From the human T2T-CHM13v2.0 reference genome, Homo sapiens, in assembly GCF_009914755.1 (NCBI RefSeq), contig NC_060945.1: a stretch of 64,000 bases of DNA. One strand, written 5' to 3'. Position numbers and translations under genes: made by a program. The first letter of the stretch is position 1, and each line of letters begins with the position of its first letter. This document shows, in pieces, positions 48,001 to 61,734 of this stretch. Under the pieces are notes generated by a model, which saw only the letters and a program-made list of their open reading frames with translations, ran no database searches and was not told where the DNA came from.

Positions 48001-50254
48001 GTGGTCAGTTTTAGAATAAGTGCGATGTGGTGCTGAAAAGAATGTATATTCTGTTGATTTGGGGTGGAGAGTTCTGTAGATGTCTATTGTACACACTTGG
48101 TCCAGAGCTGTGTTCAAGTCCTGAATAACCTTGTCAATTTTCTGTCTCCTTGATCTAATATTGACAGTGGGGTGTTAAAGTCTCCCACTATTATTGTGTG
48201 GGAGTCTAAGCCTCTTTGTAGGTCTCTAAGAACTTGCTTTATTAAAAATAGTCATTCTGACTGATGTGGGGTAGTATCTCATTGTGATTTTGCTGTGCAT
48301 TTCTCTAATGATCAGTGAAGCTGAGCTTTTTTTTCATATGATTGCTGATTGCACGTTTTGTCTTCTTTTGAAAAGTGTCTGTTCATATCCTTTGCCCACT
48401 TTTTAATGGGGTTGTTTGTTTGTTTTTTCTTGTAAATTTGTTTAAGTTTCCTATAGAGGCCGGGTATTAGACCTTTGTCAGATGCAGTTTGCAAAAACTT
48501 TTTCCCATTCTGTATGTTGTCTGTCCACTCTCTTGAGAGTTTCCTTTGCTCTGAAGAAGCTCTGTAATTTAATTAGATCCCATTTGTCAATTTTTTCTGT
48601 TGTGGTAATTTCTTTTGGTGTATTCGTCATGAAATCATTGCTGATTCCTATGTCCAGAATGGTATTGCCAAGGTTATCTTGCAGGGTTTTTATAGCTTTG
48701 GGATTTACCTTTACATCTTTTAAACCATCTTGAGTTTATTTTTGTATATGGTGTAAATAAGGGTCCAGTTTCAATCTTCTGCATATGTTCATGTCTCCCA
48801 CGATTATTGTGTGGGAATCTACATTTCTTCGAAGGTCTTTATGACCTTGCTTTGTGAATCTGGGTGCTCCCATTTTGGGTGAATATATATTTAGAGTAGT
48901 TAGATTTATTTTGTTGTTAAATTGAACTCTTTACCATTATGTAATGCCCTTCTTTATCTTTTCTTATTTTGTTGATTTAAAGTCTGTTTTGACAGAAACT
49001 AGGATTTCAACCCCTGCTTTTTAAATTTTCCATTTGCTTGGTAGATTTTTCTCCATTTTTTAAATTTTGAGCCTATGTGTGTCATTGCATATGAGATAGG
49101 TCTCTTGAAGACAGCATATCAATGGGTCTTGGTTCTTTCTCCAACTTGCCACTCTGTGTCTTTTAACTGGGGGCATTTAGCCCATTTACATTTAAGGTAA
49201 CTATTGATATGTGTGGATTTGATCCTGTCATCGTAATATTAGCCGTTTATTTTGAAGACTTGTTTATGTGGTTTCTTTATAGTGTCACTGGTCAGTGTAC
49301 TTCAGTGTGTTTTTGTAGTGGCTGGTAATGGTCTTTCCTTTCCATAGGTGCTTCCTTCAGGAGTTCTTGTAAGGCAGGTCTGGTGCTAACAAAGTCCCTC
49401 AGCATTTGCTTGCCTGAAAATGATCTTACTTCTCATTTGCTTATGAAGCTTAGTTTGGCTGGATATAAAATTCTGGGTTGGAATTTATTTTAAGAATGTT
49501 GGATATTGGCCCCCTGTCTCTTCTGGCTTGTAGGGTTTCAGCTGAGAGGTCCAGTGTTAGTCTGATGGACTTCCCTTTGTAGGTGACCTGTACTTTCTCT
49601 CTAGCTTCCTTTAACATTTTTTCTTCCACTTTGACCTTGGAGAGAATCTGATGATTATGTGTCTTGGGAACGATTCTGGTGCCTGGCTGGAATTCCAAGC
49701 CAATGGGTCTTACCCTGTGAGGTCCCATGGAAGTGGGCCCTGCAGGCTGTTGCTACTCAGCCCCCTGGATTCAGCCTCTATCTTGAGAGCATGTATGGGG
49801 GTCTACCATCCTGCTTTGGTGAAGTTGCCACTAGTTTAGCTGGGAAGCATGGAAAACCAGAGTATCTAAAGCTCCTGGGTCTCTTCACATGCCTGAGTGG
49901 CTGCTCTGTTGAGACTCCATGTAGCTCTGCGTGTCCGACTGAAGGCTTGGGTTCATGAGGGGCTCTCCAGACCGGACAGTTGCAAAGATCCATTGGAGAA
50001 ACATGGGTTCCTGAGGATGCACATTCACCCACCACCTCCCTGGGTGGGGGAGGTCCCCTTGGTTTTGTGTCACTCTCAGGTGGGCCATTGTCCTGCCTTG
50101 CTTTTCTCCACTCTCTGTAGGTGTAGTCATTTCCTTGATTAGTCCCAATGTGAGTACCTGAATGTCTCAGTTCAAGATTCTGTATTTTACTTACTTGCCC
50201 CTTCTGTTCCTCTCCATGAGAGCTGTACACATTAGCTGCTTGTAGTCAGTCACC
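45085..50254 (-). mobile_element. Older L1PA (about L1PA13-like) with internal deletions: 3'UTR 45085-45473, ORF2 end 48243-48787, EN/ORF1 48788-49670, 5'UTR 49671-50254
   Basis: 3'UTR 'tatttcatcacccaggtattaagcc'; abrupt jumps in L1 coordinates at about 45473, 48243, 48787 and 49670. Confidence 0.8.
45474..48242 (-). mobile_element. Internal ORF2 segment of a younger L1PA with no 3'UTR, poly(A) or TSD
   Basis: ORF2 fragments 45565-48117; differs at many positions from the homologous host segment at 48490-48787. Confidence 0.8.
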
Positions 50255-50725
50255 CCAATTTCTTAATTTTTCTATTTATGGATCATTCTTTTGGTATCAA
50301 GTCTAAGAACTCTTTGTCTAATTCTGGATCCTAAAGATTTTCTTTTATTTTATGAAAGTTCTATAATTTTACATTTAAGTTCCTGATCCATTTTAACTTA
50401 ATCTTTGTATAAGGTGTGAGATTTAAGATAAAGTTTAATTTTTTTTCCTATGGCTGCCCAATGTTCTAGCACCATTGTCAAAAATGCTTCCTCCATTGAA
50501 TTGTTTTTGCACCTTTTCATAAAGTCAGTTGGGCGTATTTGTGTGAGTCTATTTCTGGATTCTCTTTTGTATTCCTCTTTATCTCTCAACCAATATTATA
50601 CACTCTCTTGATTACTATAGCTATACGGTAGGCATTAATATCAGGTAGACTTACTCATCATATTTTATTCCTTTCTTATTATTGTTTTAGCTATTCTAGG
50701 CTGCATGTGCCTGTCCATATAATTC

Positions 50726-51016
50726 TTTTTTTTTTTTGAGATGGAGTCTTGCTTCACACATGTTGGAGTGCCATGGAGTAATCTTGGTTCACTGCAACCT
50801 CCGCCTCCTGGGTTTAAGCGATTCTTCTGTCTCAGCCTTCTGAGTAGCTAGAATTACAGGTGCCCATCACCACGCCTGGCTAATACTTGTATTTTTAGTA
50901 GAGACCAGGTTTTGCCATGTTGGCCAGCCTGATCTTGAACTCCTGACCTCAGGTGATCTGACTGCCTCAGCCTCCCAAAGCATTGGAATTACAGGTGTGA
51001 GCTGCCATGCCTGGCC
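50726..51016 (-). mobile_element. AluS element
   Basis: Full dimer; TSD ccatataa(a)tt at 50715-50724 and 51017-51027. Confidence 0.9.
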
Positions 51017-51119
51017 CCATATAAATTTTAGAATAAGCTTGTCTATGTCTACAAAAGGCATTACTGAGATTTTGATAGAAATTACATTAACCTATGGATC
51101 AACTTGAGCCCATTGATTT

Positions 51120-53190
51120 TTTTTTTTACTTTTTAAAGAACAGTTTCAAGGAGATATAATTCATGTAATATACAGTTTGCCCCTTTAAAGTGTACAATTA
51201 CATATATTTTCGTGTAGTCATAGAGTTGTGCACCATCACCACAGTCAATTTTAGAACATTTTTATTGTCCCCCAAAGAAACCCTGAACTGACCAGTAGTC
51301 ATTTCCCATTCCCTACCCACAATCCCCTCAGACCTAGGTAACCACTCATATACTATCTTTCTCTAGTTTATCTGTTTTGGAAATGTAATATAAACAGAAT
51401 CAAACAATATGCAGTCCTTGTCACTAGCTGCTTTAACTTAGCATGATATTTTCAAGGTTCATCCATGTTTTACAATATTTCCCTTTTTATGACTGAATAA
51501 TGTTCCATTGCATGTGTGGTGGTTAATACTAAGTGTCAACTCGATTGGATTGAAGGATGCAAAGTATTGATCCTGGGTATGTCTGCGAGAGAGGTGCCAA
51601 AGGAGATTATCATTTGTGTCAGTGAGCTGGGAAAAAGGCAGATCCACCCTTAATCTGGGTGGGCACCATCTAATCAGCTGCCAGTGTGGCTAGAATATAA
51701 AACAGGTAGAAAAACTTGAAAAGACTAGACTGGCCTAGTCTGCCAGCCTACATCTTTCTCCTGTGCTGGATGCTTCCTGCCCTTGAATGTAGGACTCCAG
51801 GTTCTTCAGTTTTGGGACTTGAACTGGATGTCCTTGCTCCTCAGCTTGCAGATGGCCTACTGTGGGACATTATGATCATGTGAGTTAATACTTAATAAAC
51901 TCATATATATATATATATATATGTCCTATTAGTTCTGTTCCTCTAAAGAACCCTGACTAATACATCATGGATATACTATATCTTTTTATCCATTTATAAG
52001 CTGATAGACATTGAGTTGTTTCTGTATTTTGGCTCTTACAAATAATTCTGCTGTGAACATTTGTGTGGACATGTTTTTATTTCTCTTGGATATATACTTA
52101 TGAGTAAAATTACTGGGTCATATGGGAACTCTATATTTTACATTTCAAGGAACTGCCAAACAATTGGCTGTACCATTTTACATTCCAACTAGCAGTTTCC
52201 GAGTGTTCCTGCTTCTCCACATCTTAATAAATATTATTATCTGTCTTTTTTATTATATTAATGGCTATTCTAGTTAGTGTGAAATGTATCTCATTATGCT
52301 TTTGATTTGCATATATCTAATGGCTTATTATGTTTAGCATTTTTTCATGTGCTTATTGGTCATTAGTATATCTTCTTTGGAAAATTGTCTGTTTAATCCT
52401 TTGCCCATTTTTTGCTTGGGGTACTTGTCGTTTTATTATTGAGTTATAAAACTTCTTTATATATGTTGAACTTAATTCTCTTATCATATATATGATTTGC
52501 AAATATTTCATTTCATTCTGTAGGTTGTCTTTTTACTCTCTTAATGATGTAGTGTGCAGCACAAAAGGTTTTAATTGTTATAAAGTCCAGTTTATCTGAT
52601 TTGTCCTCTATCTCTTGGGCTTTTGGCATTGTATCTCTAATTAGGTTTCGACTAATCCAAAATCATGATGCATCCTATGACTTCTTCTAAGAGTTTTATA
52701 GTTTTTATTTTTAAACCTAGGTCTATTGTCTGTTTTAAGTTATTTTTTATGTATGGTGTAAAAAAATTTCAACTCTGTGTATCTTGCATGTGGATATCCA
52801 GGTGTCCCAGCACCATTTGTTGAAAATACTTTCCTTTCTCTATTGAATGTTATTGACACCCTTGTTGGAATCAACTGACCATAAATGTAAGAGTTTATTT
52901 CTTGATTCTCAATTTAATTCCATTGACTTTTATGTGAATCTTGAAGCCAGTACTGTAGTGTTATGATTAGTGTAGCTTTGTAGAAAGTTTTAAAATTAGA
53001 AAATGTGATTTTTTCCAACTCTATTCTTTTTCAAGATTATTTTATATATTCTGGATTCCATGCAGTTCCACATGAATTTTATGATCAGCTTGTCAAATTA
53101 TAAAAAGAAAAATAGCTGGGATGTTGGTAGGGATTGTGTTGAATCTGTAGATGAACTTTTAGAGTATTTCCATCTTAACAATATTATGTG
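51120..53190 (-). mobile_element. L1MB-type 3' portion, interrupted by MLT2A1
   Basis: L1MB 3'UTR 'ccctttaaagtgtacaat...ccatcaccacagtcaattttagaacatt'; possible TSD attgattttt. Confidence 0.75.
51515..51964 (+). mobile_element. MLT2A1-like ERVL solo LTR
   Basis: 'tgtggtggttaatact...gaaccctgactaataca', 450 bp; TSD (g/t)catg. Confidence 0.9.
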
Positions 53191-53193
53191 TAT

Positions 53194-54365
53194 CAATTGA
53201 TTTTTGACAAATATGCCAAGATAATTAAACTGGGAAAGTCTGGTCTTTTTAATATATGGTGTTGTACCACAGACTTAAATACCATAGCTAAAACTATTCT
53301 ACCTCTAGATTAAAACACAGGAGAAAATCTTCATGACCTTGAGTTAACCAAAGACTTCCTAGATATAACATCAGGAATATAATTCATAATAAAAAATTTG
53401 ATAGCTTGGTCTTGAACAAAATTAAAAACTTTTGATCTTTAAATTATACCATTAAGGAAGGAATAAGAAAAGTGACAGTTTTGGAAAAATTATATCTGAA
53501 CTTTTACAACTCAATAATATAATAAAACACCCAATAAAAATCCTTGGTAAAATATTTGAGTAGATATTTTACCAAAGAAGATATGAAAACATTAAGTAAG
53601 GAAAGAAAAGCAGTCCCAGGCTTCCAAAGATTGGAGAGAGTGGGTAAATGGATTTATGGGGAAACTAACGAAGTTAAGTCTGTTTGCAGATTCCTCTGGT
53701 GCCCCTCTCTGAGCCTGTAAGCATTGTCTGCAGTAAAGGAAAATTTACATTCTGTCCTTAGGTAGGAAAGGGGGAGAGAATAGAAAGACCTTTTATCGTT
53801 GTAACTTTCTGCCCAACATTTAGGCTAACAGAGGGAAGGCTAAGAGATCCCCCTGCATCTTGTCTTCAGCTCAACTATTTTTCATATTCTAGCTTCCTTC
53901 AATATTATAGCAGCATTTCTTCATACTATCCATCAAATAAAAAAACCCAAATGTCCAACAATTATTGTATGGATAAATAAAATGTAATATATCAATACAG
54001 TGGTATTTCATTATTTGCCAATAAAAAGGAATACATACAACAACCTCAAAAACAATATGCTTAGTGAAAGAAGCTGAGCACAAAAGACTACTTACTGTGT
54101 AATTTCATTTTTCTGAAATTCCAGAAAAAGCAAAACTATAGAGACAGAATCAGATTGGTTTCAGCCTGGAACTAAGGCAAGAGCATGGATTAATTGTATT
54201 CTGGCATGAGGGACAATTTTGGGTTAATAGAATGGTTCCAAAACTGGATTGTGATGATAATTGCACATCTATATAAATTTAATAAAATTAAACCTCAAAA
54301 CAATAAAGAAAGGAAATATTACAGAACTATAGCTTACAATTTATAGGAATTTCAAGTAAGCTGTT
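53194..54365 (+). mobile_element. Old L1M 3' fragments, plus strand
   Basis: 'caattgatttttgacaaa...' ORF2 end and 3'UTR-like 'aaaactatagagacagaa'. Confidence 0.65.
53612..53901 (-). mobile_element. ERV1 LTR fragment (MER34-like)
   Basis: Reverse complement begins 'tgaaggaagctagaatatg'; interrupts the L1M sequence. Confidence 0.45.
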
Positions 54366-54402
54366 TATTTGCTGATATCAGTAAGCAGATCTTCCTTTTG
54401 GA

Positions 54403-54403
<1 letters not shown>

Positions 54404-54443
<40 letters not shown>
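54404..54443. repeat. (TC)n microsatellite
   Basis: Direct reading. Confidence 0.95.
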
Positions 54444-54451
<8 letters not shown>

Positions 54452-54761
54452 TCCTGAACTTTGCTAGCACGTGGGGAGTATTCTGTTCTTTATCTGCTTC
54501 TTTATCTGTTTTCACTTATGGATTCTGGGTTTTCATTTAGTATCCCTGAATCAAAAGGAAGTCTAGTTCCTTTTTATTGACTGTTGTTTAATTATCTCAC
54601 TATTTTGTGTTTTAGTCATTTACTATACTTCAATTGATCCTCTATCTGTATGTTCTTGGGAGACTCTTCCCCGTGAGTTCTTATAACAAAGATTAGTTTA
54701 ATATTAGTGTTTAAGCAATGTTCAACACAGCTGTAGCCTAGCCCCTTAAATATATCCTGAT

Positions 54762-54792
<31 letters not shown>

Positions 54793-54798
54793 CACACA

Positions 54799-54841
<43 letters not shown>
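54762..54841. repeat. Compound (CA)n(TA)n microsatellite
   Basis: Direct reading. Confidence 0.97.
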
Positions 54842-54843
<2 letters not shown>

Positions 54844-56176
54844 TATTTTTTTAATGATGAGCATGGTTTGAGAGGTAAGTGTAATGTGTATGTTAAGATC
54901 AGGTTATAAAGGCCGATTTTCATAGATGAGTGTTATGTTTTGGATTTCAGCTGTACTTCTTCTCCAAATACCTGCCACTATAGTCACTATTCAAGTGCCC
55001 ATCTCTTTTGGAACATGCCTCCTGGGCACATATTTTGCCACAGGCTTTGCTTAAAACTACAGCTCAATAAAATTTCTTATAACTACAGAACATTCAGTTC
55101 TGTTGGCAACAGTTATTTTCCACCTATTTTGTATTGCTTGTGACTGAGTTCCAGCAAATCGCTTCACATTTTTTTCTCTGTTGTTATACTTACCCATTTT
55201 TATTCTCAATGCTAGATGTGATATTTATCTTACTGCCAACATTTTATACGTCCAACTCCATAGTTTTAAGTTGTTTTCAGACGAGCAGCTACTTAGTAAT
55301 AGTAGACCAATAATGACAATATTCACAGATACTCAGAAGGAGCTGCAGACTGACATTTTTCTTCTCAATAAGCATTAAAAAAGCACATATGTAAACTATA
55401 CGTCTTTTATTGTAGTCTTATGATTTAAGATAAATTCATAAAATAATTTAAACATCTTAGCTGATTTCCACTTTAATTTTATGTTTCATTTTGGAGGTTA
55501 GTCCTTAAAATGCTAACTTTACATGGCAGGAGAGTGCCATGGCTGTGGCTTAAGGCAATGGCAAGATTCCAAACGGTGGCTCCTGGTTATAGATTATTTG
55601 CTGTATCTAGGATGATCATGATAGTGAATATTATGATGATGATAAGGAATATGACAGTGATGATGAAGATGGTTTTTGCTGTCAGAGAGTGGTGATATTC
55701 TTGACTGCCATCTTGAAAACTCCTCTTCGGAATTAATGAGGCCAGAAAAATATGCTGCTAATATATGTATAAATTAGGCACTCGTCACCAGAATAATGAA
55801 ATGTATGCTATATATTTTAGGTTTATTGCTTTGAATGGTAACATTTTAGTTCTGTCTTTATATATGTCTCTGTATAATAAAATTAGCTACATTAAATTTT
55901 TGCCAGGCAATTAAGTCAATGAACACTGCTATCCTACTGGCTTTGAAATGAAGGCACACCCCTTCAGAGTGTACCCTATCAGAAAGAAAGAAGAGGAAAA
56001 AAAATTATAATTATTAATTCATGATGCTATGCAGGTAAATTCTCTACCTTATCATTCTGCCACCCAACACTTGACTTAGGGTTTGAGCGTCATGACAGAT
56101 GGTTTCTGTTGATGGTACAGTGATTCAGGCACCTTATTTTTCTCCCTTAAATCACTTTGGGTTGTGAATACTATAA

Positions 56177-56565
<389 letters not shown>

Positions 56566-58259
56566 CCATGTGATTCTTACATGTAACAAGTTGTTGAGTA
56601 TTTTGGACTCTTGTTAATAGTTACTCACTGAAATACATGAGCTGTTTTTAACTAAGCTCGAAAAGGTAATCCATTATATTTAATATGCGAAGATTGATTG
56701 TGGTGGAACATATTATGAGATTTTGTTTTGTTTTGTTTTTGAAAAAGAAATATTGAATAGAACCATAGATTTTTTACTCTGCTTTTAAAAGGTATGATTT
56801 TTGACTAAAAACAAATGTTCTCAACATATTCCCTTCCCTTCCCTATGATGGTGAATGTGTTGGCCAGTTGAGGTGGGACTAAGATTTGGGTCCCAAAACT
56901 AATGAGCTTGATTCTTGTGTTTATTCACAGTAAATGATGTTGACAATGGCCATACATCATAAAACAGGCTAGATTAACAAAATAAAGTTACAGTGAAAAA
57001 ATACTAACCCATATAGTGGATAATTATTATAGAAAAGTCTTTCTACTTAACAATAACAATGAAAAATCTACCCTTTTTCTTGTATTCTGATCACGAATAC
57101 TTCATTATTGTGCTATCATATTAGGTGGGGGTATAACTTGAGTCCCATAAATGCATACTTATTTCCTTAACAAGCTGTTGCTATGAGAAAGGCTTAAACC
57201 AGTAAATTACCTTAGATGATGAGGCTTTATGAAATCACAAATACCTAGTAATTAATTTTGAACAATCACAAATTTTTATAACTTTAATATTGTGACATTG
57301 TAAAAATAAATATTCATTGTAGAATATTTAGAAAATGAAATTAGGCAAAATAAAAATCCCTAAAAATCACTTATAATCCTATTACCTAGAGACAACCACT
57401 ATCAACCATGCCTTCTATATTATTAAAGTTTAAAAGTAGGCACCTAATCTCCTCTAACAAAACTGGAATTGTAGTGTATGTGTTATTTTATATCCTTCTT
57501 AGAAAACAAAAATCAAACTTTCATTAAATTCAGTTATCTTCAAAAGTCGTTTACTTGTGGGTGCAGATGTGAGTGTGGTAACCTCTCTGATTTTTCTGGC
57601 TTTTGCCTTCACCTTCTGGATAGAACTTCAAGTCCTGTTCAAATGGTGACAAAGTTACGTCTGAGAATAGTCTAATCGTTACTTCATTAGTTCTCAGTAC
57701 GTTCTTTTGTGTTCCCTGCCACGTAGTCCTTGGTGTCACCATATCCTACTGGTGCTACCACATCCCACCAGATTGTGATGGAATGTTGCTGTGCCCACCA
57801 GGCTTCATTGCCCCACTGGGCATTACCACTAACATCCTGGGAACTCATGGGGCAAATTATGCAGGCCATTTAATGGCACAGTGGAAAAGCCTGCCTTTGC
57901 CCTCTTTGTGTTATAGCATGTTAGAAGAATGCTAAAAGAATACTTTTATACCCAATGTTACAAAAAGGAAATAGTAAAACAGTCCAGAGTAAACACATTG
58001 AATAAAATGAAGCCACTTAAACTGATACTTACAAGGACTATGTTTTATATAATATTAACAAGGCAAACCATGTGTATCATCAGGCTTTGTGAGGTTGGAG
58101 GTAACTGCTATTGAAGAAATGCTTCAGGCCCTGGTCAACACAACGAAAGACAATGAACAGAAATCGCCATTTGATGTGAAGAGTGACTGTAAAGGAAGAC
58201 AAGAAGAAGGCACAAGGAGATTTGCTCCAAACTAGTTCTTCCCATAAAATCTCTGCCCC

Positions 58260-58558
58260 GGCCAGTTGCAGTGGCTCACGTCTGTAATCCCAGCACTTTG
58301 AGAGGCCGAGGTGGGTGGATCACCTGAGGTCAGGAGTTTGAGACCAGCCTGGCCAATATGGTGAAATCCCATCTCTACTAAAAATACAAAAATTAGCTGG
58401 GCGTGGCGGCGGGCGCTTGTAATCCTAGCTACTCTGGAGGCTGAGGCAGGAGAATTGCTTGAACACAGGAGGCGGGAGGTTGCAGTGAGCTGAGATCGCG
58501 CCATTGCACTCCAGCCTGGGCAACAAGAGCGAAACTCTGTCTCAAAAAAAAAAAAAAA
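58260..58558 (+). mobile_element. AluSq/Sp-like element
   Basis: 'caacaagagcgaaact'; TSD aaaatctctgcccc at 58246-58259 and 58559-58572. Confidence 0.93.
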
Positions 58559-58837
58559 AAAATCTCTGCCCCATCCTCCAACATTGAGTAGCCCCTGTGT
58601 CTCTGACCACTCCCTTGTCCTCTTGACCTTTTTTGAATTTCTGTTGACGCATTGAGAATTTTAGGAGAGACTTCAGATTGTCCTACAATTTACTTTGATT
58701 AATGCAGACCTTAAACCTTGCAGTTCACATTAAATGGTATTTTTTTCCAGGTGTTTTCCACAGATCTTTGCTAAAGCCTTTATATAGTGACATTATCCTC
58801 CCAGATCAGGTTCCTGATGATAAGTATTATTGAGTTT

Positions 58838-59020
58838 CTTTTTTTTTTTTAATTTTTGTGAGCACATAGTAGGTATATATATTTATGGGGTATATGGGAT
58901 GTTTTGATACACGCATACAATGTGTAATAATCACATCAGAGTGAATGATGTATCCATCACCTCAAGCATTTATCTTTTGTGTTGTAAACAATACATTACA
59001 CTCTTTTAGTTATTTTAAAA
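58838..59020 (-). mobile_element. L1MA-type extreme 3' end
   Basis: Poly-T then 'catagtaggtatatatatttatggggta...tccatcacctcaagcattta'. Confidence 0.8.
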
Positions 59021-60047
59021 TTTTTGGTTTAACAATACATTTCTATGGCTTTTCTCTGAGATTGGTGCATCAGTAGGTTGGGCATGTGTTAGGAAGCATT
59101 CTGAGAGACACTGATTATTATCAAGCAAGTTTAGAAAACATTGTCTCACAATTCTCATTACCTTCCCTTTTCTTGTAGACCTCAATTTACAGCTCTGGGC
59201 TTTAGAACCATCTGGACCTCACTCCCAGAAATGCTAGTTTAATTGGTCTGTGTAAGGGCCTATGTGGCAGTGATAATTCTAATGCTCAGGGTTGACAACT
59301 ACTATCTTAGGCAAAAAATCAGATGCTTTTGTAATCACAGCAATTGTTCTACTATGAGTATCCTTTGAAGTATCTAATATTCATTTTTCAGACTGTTAAG
59401 ATTACCTTTAGAAATGAAATTTGTTGGGTGAATTTGAAGCTTTTTAAAATCATTTTTCATGCATTTTTGAAATAAATTGCTGTTTTTCTTTCCTCATGCC
59501 TAAATATGTTGGATTTCAAACTATCTTTGCTTATCTGCTGTGCTTCCAGCTTTTTATAGGAAAATTGGTTATGTTTGCTTATTGTGCTGTTAGATGGGAA
59601 ATTATGTGATTAGATTCATTTTAGGATTTTTAGGATGAAAACATGTCTGAAATAGCTGTTATTTAGGTTGCAGCAGCAGGCATAACTTAAAACATGCAAA
59701 ACCACAATGAGGTGATTTGAGGACTGATTTTTTTCCACTTGCTGTTGTTGGGATCAAGTCAAAATTTGTCAGTCATTGAATGGGCCCTGTGGACATATTT
59801 GCTCTGGCATTGCTAACCAAGTGAAGTCTACTAGTTTGAGCAAAAAGCTCACTACATTTATTCTTACTGGTTGACAGTTTTATTTGTGGTCTCTGTTTAA
59901 AATGGAGAAATTGAGCCCAGCCCTTAAACTTTTGGCTTTGGCAAAACTGCTTTGGACAACATACAGAAAGCTAAAGAAGGAGCAGCTGAAATTTTTTCCT
60001 TAATAAACCTTTCCTTTATAAAGTTGGCAAACTGTAGACTACTAAAT

Positions 60048-60067
60048 GGACAAGTTTAAGCATGTTG
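60048..60067. promoter_or_regulatory. p53-family response element (19/20 match, zero spacer)
   Basis: GGACAAGTTT AAGCATGTTG against RRRCWWGYYY x2; motif only, no binding data. Confidence 0.6.
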
Positions 60068-60924
60068 TTCGATGCCAGCATGACCTAGAATTTCTTTACC
60101 GGTAAGCACACTAGCTCCTTGTCACAGACAGTGTTGGTACTTTTCAGCCACATATTCCAGAAAAAGTCCTTACACTTTTGAAGTTTTATAAATATCAATT
60201 TGTGGCCTTGGCGCACGTTAGAGGAGCAACGTGTGGCTTTGTAAGTGCTTAACAGCTATTTGCAAGCTGTTTTCTTCTTGGTGCAACTTAGAATAATCAA
60301 TCAGCAGTTAGAAAATGTTAAATAATAATCTCAAAGTGAACAACTTGTATTTCTAACAATGAGAAGGTTTTCTCTAATTTTTACTACTTTTCATCTCTGC
60401 ATTTCTGGCGTATGAACACCAAGGTAAAAATGGTTTCAGTAAAAAAGACAAAAATGTTAAGTCATGAACTGAAAGTTTTTTCAGAAAGGAAGTGGTAGCC
60501 AATGGAATGGCAGTAGAGAAGTAATAAATATTTCATTCAATTAAGCATAATTTTTATGACTTTTCAAAACATAAAGGGAGAGTTGGGGAAAGGAATTTAT
60601 GAGTGAGACTTATAAACTGTCCTATTTTCTTTTAGGAATTTGAAAGGTGTTGATTTTTGGTAAGATTTTATAAGATTTTATAAATACAAGATTGACCTCA
60701 TTTCACCAATACCTATTGAGCAATACTTTCTGTATTTCCAGACCAGTCCAAGAAGATTGTATATAAGAGACACCTGATAATTTCAAAATCCTAGGCCCAC
60801 TTCCTGAGCTGAGCAAGGTAAATTGTGGACTTTTTAGACCTCCACTTTACACAGACACCCTCTGTGTTCTATCAGACTCTATCTTATGAATAACTTTTGA
60901 AAAAATATGTGGTCTTGATAAGAT

Positions 60925-61540
60925 TAATTCAATGCTTTACTGATATTGATAATGTATCTATTTACTCTGAGCCAAGCACTGTTCTGAGCGCTGGGGATTC
61001 AGACCAAATCAATGAAACTCACTTTCTTGTGAAGATTATGTTTAATAGGGAAATAGAGTGACAACACCTAACAAATATAATATATTCATCAAGTATAGTA
61101 AATAAAAAATATAGGAGTTGCAACATTAGAATTTAGCAACATTAGAAGTTGCTAAATGTTATAGAACAGAAATTGTGCAGAAACAAGGGTGATTAAGAAT
61201 GCAAAAATGGTGGTAGTTCTCAATGTTCAATAGAGTGCTCAAGAGTAGGGGTCTTTTAAAGAGCAAAATATGGCAAAGACTAGAAGAAGGGTAATGAGAG
61301 AGCCGTCTGGATATCTAGGGATGCTGTGTTTTAGACAGAGGAAAAAGCCATACTTGAGGTATGAAACTGCAAGTTCCAAGTTTCAATGGCATGAAAGGAA
61401 ATCAAGGGCTTAAAAAGCAGCTGGTTTTATGTCTAGCTGGGTCTTAGAGGACAAGTGGAGAAGGATAGGCAGAAGCCAGATGATTGAACACTGTGTATGC
61501 TCTGTTAAATTGTTTACACCTTATCCTATAGAGGTCAGTT
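60925..61540 (-). mobile_element. L2 fragment
   Basis: 'tactctgagccaagcactgttctgagcgctggggat' and a purine-rich continuation. Confidence 0.65.
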
Positions 61541-61734
61541 TATCTTTCACACAGGATAGATTCATAGATAAGGTACTCTATCTGCTGAAGACCTTAGGAT
61601 ATAGGAGATTATCAATAAATGTCTAATGAATTATAACATGCTTGATTTTAAAAAAAGCTTCTAGTAGTATAATAGTGGCAAGAATTATAAGAAATAGTTC
61701 TTTTTCACAAAAAATTATATGAGTAAATTTTATC

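Larger units (their letters stand above)
44575..51110 (-). mobile_element. Old L1M host element (pieces about 44575-45080 and 50255-51110)
   Basis: ORF2/3' region text is contiguous across the 45.1-50.25 kb insertion. Confidence 0.6.

Noticed and set aside
44575-54365. Twin-primed (5'-inverted) L1 formed by the minus and plus L1M pieces
   Set aside because: The two pieces cover overlapping L1 coordinates, so they are more likely independent elements
54872-54880. Perfect donor GAG|GTAAGT
   Set aside because: No plausible upstream acceptor or exon; it directly follows a microsatellite
55510-55695. Met-rich 61-aa ORF
   Set aside because: Produced by a degenerate (ATG)n low-complexity tract
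58083-58234. Short open frame (GFVRLEVTAIEEMLQALV...) as a retrocopy or Tigger-like transposase relic
   Set aside because: Similarity too weak to call by eye and no TIR, tail or TSD; a Dfam or tBLASTn search is needed
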